Below the pieces are notes generated by a model, which ran no database searches, was not told where the DNA came from, and saw nothing but the letters and a program-made list of their open reading frames with translations. A program made the position numbers and the translations under genes. A DNA stretch of 64,000 nucleotides from Candidatus Hodarchaeota archaeon. GTDB taxonomy: Archaea; Asgardarchaeota; Lokiarchaeia; Sigyniarchaeales; SOKP01. Location of the stretch: the NCBI GenBank assembly GCA_048886685.1, contig JBHLKM010000002.1:199532-263531 (forward strand). The letters are read 5' to 3'. This document shows positions 11,152-21,791 of this stretch, one piece after another; positions within the stretch are counted from its first letter, which is position 1, and each line of letters starts with the position of its first letter.

Positions 11152-12489
11152 ATGAATAAAATAAAACCAAAATTAGTTATGGTCTTAGTTGTTGTAGGAT
11201 TAATAATCACCGTTTTTCCTATGAGTGCTCTAGCTTGTAAACCTAAACGTAAATTAATGGCAGGAGCGTGTGTTTTACCGATAACACCTATGACAGACGA
11301 GTTTGGAGTCCCTAAAAACCCAGATGGTTCACCAGTTTTCTTAGCAGGATTTGGGGACCCGGGGGACAGACCTGCTCAAGCTGTTCACGATGATATATAT
11401 GCAAGGTGTTTGATCCTAGATTATCGTGGAACTACTTTAGTATTCGTTGCACTTGACTTGATCGGTTACATGATTGATCAAGTCGATTTAGTAAGAGGAA
11501 TAGTAGAGGTTCAATATGGGATTGATGCAGAAAATGTTATAATAGCTTGTACACACACACACTCGGGACCCGACACTTTAGGGCTCTGGACTCCTCCCTA
11601 TCCTGATCCAGGAGTTAACTGGGAGTATATGGAATTTGTAGCAAATCAAATCATAGAATGCATAGGTCAAGCTTATCAAAATATGGAAAAGGCTCGATTA
11701 TGGTTTGCCTCTAGCAGTGTTCCGGGATTAATGAAAAACTCCCGTGATCCAGGTAGAGTATATCCAGATTTGGAAGTAATGAAGGTTGTGGGAAGAAGAG
11801 GTAAAACAATTGCGACAATGATCAACTACGCGGGTCATCCAGAAGTCTTATGGTCAGACAATTTGGAATTAACATCAGACTATGTAGGTTACCTCTGCGA
11901 TAAAGTTGAAGAGGAGCTGGGAGGGATTGCGGTATTCTTCAATGGAGCTCTAGGAGGGATGATAACTCCCGATGTAGATGAACACACATTCGAAAAGGCA
12001 AAAGAACTTGGATATACGCTAGCTGATGCCACCATTAATGCTCTACGATGTCGCAGATTCTACCGTTGGGGTTCTTTTTTCCCCAGTTGGAAAAAAACCT
12101 TTAATTTGGAAAAACAGACTTTTGAAGTTCCGTTAGAAAACATACAATTTTATGGCGCTATGTTTTTAGGTATGCTTTATAGACCCGAACCATGGTATGT
12201 GGATTCTCCTGAATTGGGTACTATAATGTCGGAAGTCAACGTCATTAATATAGGAGCAGCTCAGATAATCACCATGCCTGGAGAGGTTCTACCTAGCATA
12301 GGATATCGCCTGAAAGAAGCTATGACGGGAAAGTACAATTTCCAAATAGGATTGGGCAATGATGAGTTAGGTTATATTATTCCCGAGGATGAATGGGATC
12401 CTTCACAATACGAGGAATCAATGTCAGTCGGCATGCAAACCGGGATCGTCATGGAAGCAATTCTTATGGAAATGTTAGAGGGAACTTAA
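11152..12489 (+). CDS. Secreted neutral/alkaline ceramidase-like hydrolase
   Basis: Signal peptide ending in ALA. Motifs HDDIYARCL, ACTHTHSGPD, NYAGHPE and PGEV, ending in YEESMS. Confidence 0.72.
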   Translation: MNKIKPKLVMVLVVVGLIITVFPMSALACKPKRKLMAGACVLPITPMTDEFGVPKNPDGSPVFLAGFGDPGDRPAQAVHDDIYARCLILDYRGTTLVFVALDLIGYMIDQVDLVRGIVEVQYGIDAENVIIACTHTHSGPDTLGLWTPPYPDPGVNWEYMEFVANQIIECIGQAYQNMEKARLWFASSSVPGLMKNSRDPGRVYPDLEVMKVVGRRGKTIATMINYAGHPEVLWSDNLELTSDYVGYLCDKVEEELGGIAVFFNGALGGMITPDVDEHTFEKAKELGYTLADATINALRCRRFYRWGSFFPSWKKTFNLEKQTFEVPLENIQFYGAMFLGMLYRPEPWYVDSPELGTIMSEVNVINIGAAQIITMPGEVLPSIGYRLKEAMTGKYNFQIGLGNDELGYIIPEDEWDPSQYEESMSVGMQTGIVMEAILMEMLEGT

Positions 12490-12648
12490 CTAAATTAAAA
12501 AAAATAAATTTTTAAGGGAATATTTCAATTCTTTAATCATTTTCTTTTTTTTTATTCATTATAAATTTATATATTTATGAATCAAATCTAAAAGATTATT
12601 AGGTTTGTTTTGCTTTATCACATAAAAAGTACTTAGGAAAGAAATAAG

Positions 12649-12903
12649 ATGGCTGAAGAACCACAACTTCCTCCGATTCCAGCAATTGGGGAGATTTTGG
12701 ACCGAAAGAAAAGGTTTATTGAGAAAAAGCATAGTATTGTAAAATGTGGGGCATGTCAAGCGGATTACTCTAGGTTGTTCAAAGCTGGAGATTTTGTATT
12801 TAAAAAACTCACAGAGGAGGAATGCGAAAAATGCCATAGGAGTAAATCTCTAACCATAATAGAAATTTATTCTGAATGGATTGATCCCAAAAAGAAATCT
12901 TAG
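12649..12903 (+). CDS. Small zinc-ribbon protein
   Basis: CGAC and CEKC pairs in an 84-aa ORF that fits the gap between genes. Confidence 0.7.
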   Translation: MAEEPQLPPIPAIGEILDRKKRFIEKKHSIVKCGACQADYSRLFKAGDFVFKKLTEEECEKCHRSKSLTIIEIYSEWIDPKKKS

Positions 12904-12915
12904 TTGTTCTATTTT

Positions 12916-13902
12916 TCAAAAAAAAAGTTTCAAAATTTCTCCTGCTAAAGAGTAAGGATCTAATGACTTTTTTATTGCTTTTTCAATGAATTCTTCAATT
13001 TTATCGTTAGTATTAATTAATTCCTCGACTTTTTTAGTTAATTTATGTTTTAAAATTTGGATTGTCTCTTTTTTAATTCGATTTTTCATATAATTTGAAA
13101 TAACTCCTGACTCTTCTAAAAATTGTTTATGATTATTTATAAGTTCAAGTAGATTATCAAAATTTTCTCCTGTTTTTGAGTTAACTTTCGTGATTTCTGG
13201 TGTCCACTGATCTATTTTTTCAAATTTGGTACCAATAGCCTTAGATTCATACTTATAATTTTTCTTAAATTCTAACATTTGCATGATTTCTGCCACTTTT
13301 TTATCTGCTCCAGGTAAATCCATCTTGTTAACAACAAAGATATCAGTAATTTCCATAATACCTGCTTTAATTGCTTGAATTTCATCTCCTAATCCGGGAA
13401 CTACTAATACCACCACAGTTTGAGCAGATTCAAAAATATCAACTTCAGATTGTCCAACGCCGACAGTTTCAACTATTACTATATCACATCCATAAGCATC
13501 CAATATTTTAATTGCGTCTTCAGTGGCTCTCGCCAAGCCACCTAATTGACCTCGATTGGCCATACTTCTAATAAAAACATTGTCAAGAGAAAAGTGTTGC
13601 TTCATACGTATTCTATCACCCAAAAGTGCTCCCCCAGTTAAAGGAGATGTTGGATCCACACATATTATCCCAACCTTATTACCTAAATCGATATAACTCT
13701 TAGTTAGCGTTGAAATAAAAGTAGATTTTCCTGTTCCAGGAGCACCCGTAATACCTATAATATAGGCTTTACCTGTGTGTTGGTAAATAGAATTTATGAT
13801 TTCTTCAGCAGCCTCAATATCATTTTCTACAATAGTTATTAATCTTGCTGCTGCGCGTGTATTGCCATTTATCAGTTTTCTGGTTAAATCAGAGTAATTC
13901 AT
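12916..13902 (-). CDS. meaB: MeaB/ArgK GTPase chaperone of B12 acyl-CoA mutases
   Basis: GITGAPGTGKST, VDPTSPLTGGALLGDRIRM, ETVGVGQSE, NKMD. Confidence 0.95.
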   Translation of the reverse strand: MNYSDLTRKLINGNTRAAARLITIVENDIEAAEEIINSIYQHTGKAYIIGITGAPGTGKSTFISTLTKSYIDLGNKVGIICVDPTSPLTGGALLGDRIRMKQHFSLDNVFIRSMANRGQLGGLARATEDAIKILDAYGCDIVIVETVGVGQSEVDIFESAQTVVVLVVPGLGDEIQAIKAGIMEITDIFVVNKMDLPGADKKVAEIMQMLEFKKNYKYESKAIGTKFEKIDQWTPEITKVNSKTGENFDNLLELINNHKQFLEESGVISNYMKNRIKKETIQILKHKLTKKVEELINTNDKIEEFIEKAIKKSLDPYSLAGEILKLFF

Positions 13903-13909
13903 TATTATG

Positions 13910-14311
13910 TTATCTTTTTAGATTGTTTTTCACAAATTCAACAATTGTGTTCAAATCAGTTCCTGGGCCATAAAATCCTTTTAATCCTTTCTCTTCCAAA
14001 AATAGTTTGTCTTCATCAGGTATAATTCCACCAACAGCAACGAGAACATCATCAATGCCTTGTTCTTCTAATTTTTCCATTATTACAGGACAAAGAGCAT
14101 TGTGAGCTCCAGATAGTATACTCAGCATAACAGCATCAGGGTCTTCCTGGACGACAGTATTAACAATATCATCAGGCGTTTGATGAATTCCTGTATATAT
14201 AACTTCCATTCCCGCATCTCTTAAAGCTCTAGCGAGAACTTTAGCACCTCTGTCATGTCCATCTAAACCGGGTTTGCATACAAGGACTTTTATTTTTCTA
14301 GCTTCTGACAT
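13910..14311 (-). CDS. Acyl-CoA mutase small subunit (cobalamin-binding)
   Basis: KPGLDGHDRGAK (DxHxxG motif), LSILSGAH, GGIIP. Confidence 0.95.
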   Translation of the reverse strand: MSEARKIKVLVCKPGLDGHDRGAKVLARALRDAGMEVIYTGIHQTPDDIVNTVVQEDPDAVMLSILSGAHNALCPVIMEKLEEQGIDDVLVAVGGIIPDEDKLFLEEKGLKGFYGPGTDLNTIVEFVKNNLKR

Positions 14312-14325
14312 TTAAAATCACCAAT

Positions 14326-15981
14326 TTAAAAAATAGAATCCTCATGATAGGTTCCGAATACTTCTTTTAATGTATTAATAATTTCTCCAATAGAGGCATA
14401 TACTCTTATGGCATCCATAATAAAAGGCATAAGATTTTCTGTTCCTTTTGCGGCTTCCTTCAATCTTTCAAGTTTATCTTTAACAGCATCATTATCTCGT
14501 TCTTGCTTTAATGTGTTTAATGTATTGACTTGCTCTTTCGCAACTTCCTCATCTATTTTCAATAGAGGTACTGTACATGGCTCTTTTTGCTGATATTGGT
14601 TCACTGCTACTATAGTTCTTTCTCGATTTTCAATCTCTTGTTGATATTTATAGGAAGCATTAGCTATTTCCTTTTGAAAGAAGTTAGCTTTTATTGCTGG
14701 AATAGCTCCTCCCAATTCATCGATCTGCTGAAAATAATTCTCAGCCTCTTCTTCCATCTTATTTGTAAGCCATTCTATATAATAAGAGCCTGCTAAAGGA
14801 TCTACCGTATCTGTGACTCCAGATTCATGTGCAATAATCTGTTGTGTCCTTAAGGCTATTTTTACAGCATTTTCAGTAGGAAGACATAACGCTTCATCAA
14901 AAGAATTCGTATGTAATGATTGAGTGCCACCCAACACAGCAGCTAAGCCCTGAAGTGTAACTCGTACTATATTATTTTCAGGTTCTTGGGCAGTTAAAGA
15001 AACTCCCGCTGTCTGTGTATGGAATCTTAGTCTCAGGGATTCTGGTTTTTTTGCTCCATATTTATTTTTCATATGTTTAGCCCAAATTCTTCTTGCAGCT
15101 CTATATTTACATATTTCTTCGAAGAAATTATTATGAGAATTAAAGAAAAATGATAACCGAGGTGCAAAATCATCAACATCTAAACCCCTCTCAATTCCAG
15201 CTTCAACATAAGCAAAACCATCAGCTAAAGTGAAGGCTAACTCTTGGACTGCAGTTGAACCTGCTTCTCGAATGTGATAGCCACTGATACTGATTGTATA
15301 CCATTGTGGAACATGTTTAGTACAATATTCTATTGTATCAACAATTAATCTCATTGATTCTTCAGGTGGAAAAATCCAAGATTTCTGTGCAATATATTCT
15401 TTTAAAATATCATTTTGAATGGTACCTCGCAATTGTTCAGGAGCATGACCTTGTTTTTCAGCAGTGACTATGTACATTGCTAGTAGGATAGATGCAGGAG
15501 CGTTAATAGTCATTGAAGTACTAATCCTTGACAGATCTATGCCATCAAATAAAGTTTCCATATCCTTAAGAGTATCAATGGCCACTCCTTCCTTTCCAAT
15601 CTCACCGAATGCCCTTTGATCTGTCGCTTCAATACCATAAATGGTGTGCAAACTAAAAGCAACACTTAAACCTGTTTGGCCATGTTCAATCAAAAACTTA
15701 TAGCGATTGTTAGTTTGCTCCGCAGTTCCAAAACCTGCAAATTGTCTCATCGTCCATAGTCGACCACGATACATATTAGGATAAGCCCCCCGTGTAAATG
15801 GATATTGACCAGGAAAACCTAAATCTAATTCATAATTTAGGTTCTTAATATCATTTGGAGTATAAAGACGTTTAATATCGATATCAGAAAGATTTCTAAA
15901 AGTTTTTCTTCGTTCTTTTTTATCTGGAAAGGAATTCTGCCATTCTTCCATATCTTCTTCAATTTTATCAAATTCGGTCAT
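14326..15981 (-). CDS. Acyl-CoA mutase large subunit (methylmalonyl-CoA mutase family) with isobutyryl-CoA mutase-type residues
   Basis: PFTRG, WTMRQFAGFG, GTIQNDILKEYIAQ, SISGYHIREAG, LGGTQSLHTNSFDE. Confidence 0.93.
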   Translation of the reverse strand: MTEFDKIEEDMEEWQNSFPDKKERRKTFRNLSDIDIKRLYTPNDIKNLNYELDLGFPGQYPFTRGAYPNMYRGRLWTMRQFAGFGTAEQTNNRYKFLIEHGQTGLSVAFSLHTIYGIEATDQRAFGEIGKEGVAIDTLKDMETLFDGIDLSRISTSMTINAPASILLAMYIVTAEKQGHAPEQLRGTIQNDILKEYIAQKSWIFPPEESMRLIVDTIEYCTKHVPQWYTISISGYHIREAGSTAVQELAFTLADGFAYVEAGIERGLDVDDFAPRLSFFFNSHNNFFEEICKYRAARRIWAKHMKNKYGAKKPESLRLRFHTQTAGVSLTAQEPENNIVRVTLQGLAAVLGGTQSLHTNSFDEALCLPTENAVKIALRTQQIIAHESGVTDTVDPLAGSYYIEWLTNKMEEEAENYFQQIDELGGAIPAIKANFFQKEIANASYKYQQEIENRERTIVAVNQYQQKEPCTVPLLKIDEEVAKEQVNTLNTLKQERDNDAVKDKLERLKEAAKGTENLMPFIMDAIRVYASIGEIINTLKEVFGTYHEDSIF

Positions 15982-16219
15982 AATGATCGTTTTACTGAAG
16001 TATTTTGATTTGTAAATAAAATTAGATCTTATTTATTAATCTCAAATAGATAAGCGTTTGTAATTATATTAATTTTTTTTCGAAGATTCAATCAATAATT
16101 AACTTATGAATTTAACAGAGGGTTAACCAGAAAATCAACTAAAAAGATTATATAATGAAATTCTTTCTAAAAGCTTCCTTAGGAACAAATCCTCTTTCAA
16201 CGAGAAATCTGATCACTAC

Positions 16220-17347
16220 TTATTTTAACATATTTTTAGTAAACACATCCATAGGATCTAAATCTCTTTCTTTAAGGAATCTTATTCCTTCCTCTCTAGG
16301 ATCTTTTGGAAAATCTTGTTCTCCCTCTCTATGCACTAGATATATTGCATTTTGTTTACATTTATGCACACAGACTCCACATCCTAAACATCGATCCGGA
16401 TGAAACAATACCTTTTTATCCTTAAGTTCAAGTGCATTCATAGGGCAACTTTTAACACATACACCACAACCAATACAGTTTTGCTCTTCGATTTCCCTTA
16501 TGTAATTTGATGGTTGGTGGCCTTTTGGTAAAATTCCAGGCACATTGACTACAGATTCTAAAAATAAGCAACAACATGAGCAACAGTTACATATTGTCTC
16601 CATTTTTTCTTTTGTATTATCAATACCATGGACAAGTCCGGAGTCTGCAGCTCTTTTTAAGATATCTAAAGTTTCTTCTTTTGATATTTCTCTGCCTAAT
16701 CCGTTTTCTACGCAATATCTCCCAAGATTATCAAAATGTAAACATCTCTCCAAGTCGTGTTTACACTCTTTAAAATCATGATCGAGATTATGTCTATGAC
16801 TACAAGGGCATGTGGATACAGAATAATATTCAAAATTATCTATAACTTTCAGTATATCTTCATATGGCATAACTTGACGCGTATCATGTATAGTTTCATT
16901 TATAGGAATTGCACGAAGACCTTGAGTTTCATGTCCAACAAATTCTTCAGCATAAGTTTCGATATAATATTTGTTCAAATAAGGCGAAATCTCACGATTT
17001 AATTTATCATTTTTACCTTTCCATCCAAGAGATCGGTAAAAGATAAACAAGCTGTCACAGAGCGAATATCTAACTTCTGATGGCCTTTCACTACGAAATA
17101 TAATCCCTGATTTTACTAAGTTATCTAATTTTTTTCTAAGTTTTTTAACAGGTATATCCAATTTTGAGGATATTTGTTCAGCAGTATGTCCTAAAAAAGG
17201 TATTTTAGAGAGTAATTTAGCGTCTTCAGGTGTGATTCTTAGTTTTAACATTGGCATGAGATGTTCAGAATCAGGCAACCTTAATACCCAATACCTTAAG
17301 TGTTCAATAAGATCCTCATAATATATATCTTCAGACATAAATTTCAT
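16220..17347 (-). CDS. Iron-sulfur protein: N-terminal wHTH, Cys-rich core and C-terminal 2x[4Fe-4S] ferredoxin
   Basis: CPC, ICNCCSCCC, CIGCGVCVKSCP and CLGCGVCVHKC. Confidence 0.8.
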   Translation of the reverse strand: MKFMSEDIYYEDLIEHLRYWVLRLPDSEHLMPMLKLRITPEDAKLLSKIPFLGHTAEQISSKLDIPVKKLRKKLDNLVKSGIIFRSERPSEVRYSLCDSLFIFYRSLGWKGKNDKLNREISPYLNKYYIETYAEEFVGHETQGLRAIPINETIHDTRQVMPYEDILKVIDNFEYYSVSTCPCSHRHNLDHDFKECKHDLERCLHFDNLGRYCVENGLGREISKEETLDILKRAADSGLVHGIDNTKEKMETICNCCSCCCLFLESVVNVPGILPKGHQPSNYIREIEEQNCIGCGVCVKSCPMNALELKDKKVLFHPDRCLGCGVCVHKCKQNAIYLVHREGEQDFPKDPREEGIRFLKERDLDPMDVFTKNMLK

Positions 17348-17470
17348 CTTTTTTTTGAAGTCTTAAATATTGAATGTTATATAAAAATCATTATTGATTC
17401 GTAAAATGATTGCATTTTAATTTTCTTCCATAAATTTAAGCTTAATAAATATTAAAAACAATAGATAATC

Positions 17471-18208
17471 ATGAGCAAACTAATCTATCTTGGATGCTTA
17501 AGCAATAGACTCTATGAATCAACATGCAAAAATGCCATAAAAGTTATCCAACTCTTAGACAGTGAATACAAAATAATAGAAGATCCTCCTTGCTGTGGTT
17601 CTTTAGCATATAATATCACTCCGGATGAAACTATGAGAAATCATGTGGAGTTTGTTAATAACTGGTTTAAAAAAAATAACATAACTGAACTTGTAACAAT
17701 CTGCGCGGGTTGTTATTCCTATTTTACTCGTTATTATAAAGAGTTTTTAGATTCTGAATTTACGGTTAAAATACAACATTTCCTCCAATTTTTAGCCGAA
17801 TCCCAAAATTTGGACAAGTTAAACCTAAAGAATACTGGAAAGGCCTTAAAAGTAAATTATCATGATGCATGTCATCTCAGAAATTCTTCTGTTCCAATAA
17901 TAAAAGAACCTAGAAAAATCTTGGACTCAATTGATAATGTAGAATTAGTCGAAATGGATCTTAATAAAACTAAAAGCATATGTTGTGGAGCGGGTGGAGG
18001 TGTTTATTCAATTTTTAAAGAGGTTAGTGATTATAATGCAAAGCTAATTTTTGATAATATGAAGAAAGGTAAAGCTCTTATTACTGCTTGCCCTTTCTGT
18101 TATACTGCTTTGAATCGAATAAAAGAAGAGAATAATATAAGAAAACCGGTTATCAAAATTGAAGATTTTATTGTTAAGCTAATGGAAGGAGGTGATCCTA
18201 TAAGTTGA
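17471..18208 (+). CDS. CCG-domain Fe-S protein (LutA/LldE-like)
   Basis: Two CCG domains (PPCCG, ICAGC, YHDAC, ICCG, TACPFC). Coupled to the LUD gene by a TTGA overlap. Confidence 0.8.
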   Translation: MSKLIYLGCLSNRLYESTCKNAIKVIQLLDSEYKIIEDPPCCGSLAYNITPDETMRNHVEFVNNWFKKNNITELVTICAGCYSYFTRYYKEFLDSEFTVKIQHFLQFLAESQNLDKLNLKNTGKALKVNYHDACHLRNSSVPIIKEPRKILDSIDNVELVEMDLNKTKSICCGAGGGVYSIFKEVSDYNAKLIFDNMKKGKALITACPFCYTALNRIKEENNIRKPVIKIEDFIVKLMEGGDPIS

Positions 18209-19509
18209 GTGATAAAGGTAAAGATTTATACGAGAAAGCAAAAGACAAAATAGCTATTTTGGATACTAAAGGAACTTGGGAAAATAAATTTGGGATGTTC
18301 TGGAAAATTGCGTGTGCTATAAAATCCAAACAACATGATTTAAGATATCTCTATGAGGATTCTAGTCGTGAATTCGTAGACAGGTATAAAGATCAACTTA
18401 TGGCAATGAGAGAGGAATTTGTAAACAATATTGATTATTACGTTGAAAAATGCATCAAAGTAATGCGAGAAGTAAATAACATGACTGTTCATTATGCAAA
18501 AACCAATAAGGAAGCTCAAGATATTTTTATGAAAGAACTTGGGGATGCTAAGGTAATTTATAAATCTAAGTCAAACGAAGCAAAAGATATTGGAATTATT
18601 GATGTATTAAAGAAAAATAATATTGAAATTAAGGAAACTGATTTAGGAGATGTTCTCGTTCAACTATTCGATTATAAATTACCTAAATTTGGAGTAGGCC
18701 CTGGAGCTCATTTTTCTAAAGAAGAAATTGTTGAGAAAATAAAGGAAGTTCATGGAGTAGAACTTGAGGCATCGGCGAGTGCAATTGTAGAATATTATAG
18801 AGAATCTTATCGTAAAGAATTACTTAATGATGTAAAAATATCGCTCACATCTGCTAATGTTATTTCTGCTGAAGATGGGACAATAGTATTAGGAGAAAAT
18901 GAAGGGAATATAAGTTTATTAACAAGAGCAACCGAAAAGCATATAGTTTTATGTGGAATTACTAAAATCGTACCTACAATTTTAGACGCTGTGCTAGTGG
19001 CAAAATTGCAAACCAGGATTAATAATGTGTCTTTTAACTATATTAATTTTATTTCAGGACCATCTGCAACTGCTGATATTCAAGGTGAAAAAGTTATTGG
19101 TATGTATGGTGCCAAAGAGGTTGTAGTGATTCTTGTAGATGACTGGAGGAAAAAAGCTATGAAAGAAAATCTATTATATAAAGATTTTTTGCGATGTATC
19201 GGTTGTAGAACGTGTAATTATATATGCACAGCTTCACGGGCATTTGGCAATATTTATGCATCAAAATATGGATTAGGCGCTGATGGAATTATTCGAGACT
19301 ATATTCATAATGGGATTGAAGCTGTTGTAGAAGATGGACTGTTCTTTTGTACGGGTTGTGAGAATTGTCGCCACTGGTGTCCTGTCTCTATAAATTTGGG
19401 TGAAATCATGAAATCAATAAAAAAAGAAGCAATAAAGGCAGATCTATGCCCACCTCCTTTAAAAGAGTATCAACAGAAAATACTTAAGGAGAAAAATCCC
19501 TTTATATAA
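18205..19509 (+). CDS. LUD-domain Fe-S protein (LutB/LldF-like lactate utilisation protein)
   Basis: KSKS, ETDLGD, ENEGNI, ISGPSATADI, then RCIGCRTC and CTGCENC..CP. Confidence 0.85.
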   Translation: MSDKGKDLYEKAKDKIAILDTKGTWENKFGMFWKIACAIKSKQHDLRYLYEDSSREFVDRYKDQLMAMREEFVNNIDYYVEKCIKVMREVNNMTVHYAKTNKEAQDIFMKELGDAKVIYKSKSNEAKDIGIIDVLKKNNIEIKETDLGDVLVQLFDYKLPKFGVGPGAHFSKEEIVEKIKEVHGVELEASASAIVEYYRESYRKELLNDVKISLTSANVISAEDGTIVLGENEGNISLLTRATEKHIVLCGITKIVPTILDAVLVAKLQTRINNVSFNYINFISGPSATADIQGEKVIGMYGAKEVVVILVDDWRKKAMKENLLYKDFLRCIGCRTCNYICTASRAFGNIYASKYGLGADGIIRDYIHNGIEAVVEDGLFFCTGCENCRHWCPVSINLGEIMKSIKKEAIKADLCPPPLKEYQQKILKEKNPFI

Positions 19510-19538
19510 TCATTTCTATTTTATTATTTTTAAGAAAC

Positions 19539-20432
19539 TTATTTTGAACGATCTAAAATAAATTCTCCTAGTTTTCCAAACTTCTTAATATTATTATATA
19601 AGTTTGGAGAATTTTCTTCTAAAAAACTCCTAAATACATCCCAATTCTCTTTTTTTTCTCTAGGTGCTTCCTTTATTATCATTTTCATAGCTTCAAAATC
19701 GCTGGGATATATCAACTCATCATTTACTTTATTTGCCATATCAGATAGAACAAACAAGTAATAATCATTTAAATCTTCAGGATCGAGTACACCTGGAGGT
19801 TTATTCCCATCACCAGCTCGTCTCCCGCGTAACATTTTTGTATCCACTTTTATAGGAAGTATCATGTTTACCAGAATATTTTCTCTTTTATATTCTGTAG
19901 CTAATTCTCTTTGTAATCCTACCACCCCGTATTTCGAAGCAGTATATGAGGAAAATCTACCCATCATTGAGGGATATACAGCGCTTCCAGTTATGATAAA
20001 CCTTGCTTTATTATCCTTATCATCTTTATCTAAATATGGATAAGCGGCTCTAAATGTGTAAAAAACACCTAAAATATTTGTATTAATAACCATTTCAAAT
20101 TTCTCTGGAGGTATTTCGTGAGCACTGGCCATCCAAGACGCACCCGCGTTGGCAATTACTCCGTTAAAATTCCCTAAATCACCATTGAATGTCATAAATG
20201 CCTCTAGAACTTCAGGTAATTTTGTAATATCTGCTGTTTTAATAACACATTTATTATCAATCCCTAGACCATCAATCTCCTCTTTTACCTCTTTTAGCTG
20301 ATCAAAGGTTCTTGAAGTTAATCCAAGATCTGCCCCTTCCTTAGCACATGCTATTGCTACAGCTCTTCCTATACCTCTCCCTGCACCTGTAATAACAATA
20401 CTTTTTCCTTTCAGTATCATTCTATTATTCAC
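19539..20432 (-). CDS. SDR family NAD(P)-dependent oxidoreductase
   Basis: TGAGRGIG, NAG and YTASK motifs. Confidence 0.9.
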   Translation of the reverse strand: MNNRMILKGKSIVITGAGRGIGRAVAIACAKEGADLGLTSRTFDQLKEVKEEIDGLGIDNKCVIKTADITKLPEVLEAFMTFNGDLGNFNGVIANAGASWMASAHEIPPEKFEMVINTNILGVFYTFRAAYPYLDKDDKDNKARFIITGSAVYPSMMGRFSSYTASKYGVVGLQRELATEYKRENILVNMILPIKVDTKMLRGRRAGDGNKPPGVLDPEDLNDYYLFVLSDMANKVNDELIYPSDFEAMKMIIKEAPREKKENWDVFRSFLEENSPNLYNNIKKFGKLGEFILDRSK

Positions 20433-20481
20433 AATTTTAAATGAAATTAATTTATTAAAAAAGCAAAACTAATTTTAAATT

Positions 20482-21621
20482 TTAAGATGCTTTAAATGCT
20501 TCATTAATAGCTGAGCAGCCTCCACAGCGAACACATCCCGCCTTATTTTTTAATGGATTAAGGCCATATTCTCTCATCAGTGCACCACTTCTTTGATACA
20601 TATCCAATAAATCATTGCAGTCGGTTAAGGGGAGACTATACTTCCCAGGAATAGATCTTACAGGAGTTATATATGGAATTACTCCAATTGAAACAAGTCT
20701 TTCTACATCTTTCAAAAAATTACCTTTTTCTTCCCCAAAACCAGTCAAAACATAACTGCTGACTTGATTATCCCCAAATACGCTAATAGCATGCTTCCAA
20801 TTTTCTTCAAATAGTTGATGAGATAGGTGAAATTTTCCAGGAGTAATATCTCTTCTTAAATTTTCATTAAGTACTTCAATATGAATTCCGATTGTGTCTG
20901 CGCCAGCTTCTTTCAATTTGTTAATATACTCCAGATCTTCTAATGCTTCAATTTGTACATGTAAAGGAATATCCGGATGATTTATTTTAACTCCTTTTAG
21001 TAATTCAATATAACGATTAGCGCCCTTATCAATTGTTTCATCTGTCCCACTCGTTAAGGTCATATGATTACACCTTCCTTCCTTTTTAGCAGCATCTATG
21101 ACTTCTGACATCTGTTTAGCATTTTTTTCTTCAATAGTAGAGTCATTTTGTAAACTGACTTCAATTCCACAGAATGAGCATGCTTCACCACATCCCCAAT
21201 ATACACACTTCTGATAGATAGTACTTGCGAGACAATCGATTCCATGAACTAAAGCAATTTTTTTCATCGGTATTCCATCTGAAGTTTTGAATTCAGGATT
21301 ATAGAATCGAGGATTCCGGATTAGTTTTAAACGAGCAAAAAATTCATTTCTTTTATCATTATAGACCTCGAAATAATCTTCTTTATTCTCTTGTAAGAAT
21401 AATTCTGTTCTTTTAGGATCATTCCATAAGGCTACATTTGTCAAAGTAAGCCCATCTTCTAATAAAAAATATCTCCCTCCAGAGGGTCCAGCTCCTCCTT
21501 TTCTCCCATAATCAATATTTATTCCTTGATCTTTATAATGTTCAATTAATCTCTCATCTAGATATAAACCTTTACAAAGTAATTCCGTCTTAATCTTTAA
21601 CGCTTGTCGAATGTTTATCAT
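20482..21621 (-). CDS. Radical SAM protein (MSMEG_0568-like family)
   Basis: GRKGGAGPS, IALVHGIDCLAST, CVYWGCGEACSFC and C-terminal AGCVRCGGCS. Confidence 0.8.
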   Translation of the reverse strand: MINIRQALKIKTELLCKGLYLDERLIEHYKDQGINIDYGRKGGAGPSGGRYFLLEDGLTLTNVALWNDPKRTELFLQENKEDYFEVYNDKRNEFFARLKLIRNPRFYNPEFKTSDGIPMKKIALVHGIDCLASTIYQKCVYWGCGEACSFCGIEVSLQNDSTIEEKNAKQMSEVIDAAKKEGRCNHMTLTSGTDETIDKGANRYIELLKGVKINHPDIPLHVQIEALEDLEYINKLKEAGADTIGIHIEVLNENLRRDITPGKFHLSHQLFEENWKHAISVFGDNQVSSYVLTGFGEEKGNFLKDVERLVSIGVIPYITPVRSIPGKYSLPLTDCNDLLDMYQRSGALMREYGLNPLKNKAGCVRCGGCSAINEAFKAS

Positions 21622-21791
21622 TATTTTTGATTAAAATAATAATTATTAGAGGACTGCGGGAGAAATGTTTTAAAAATATTAATATTAATAAAATTTTTTA
21701 ATTATTCTTCATGGAATTTAAATATCTAACTTATTTAACTTTAAGTTTTATTATAAATAAATTTAAATAAATCAACACGAGTAGGTTAAAA

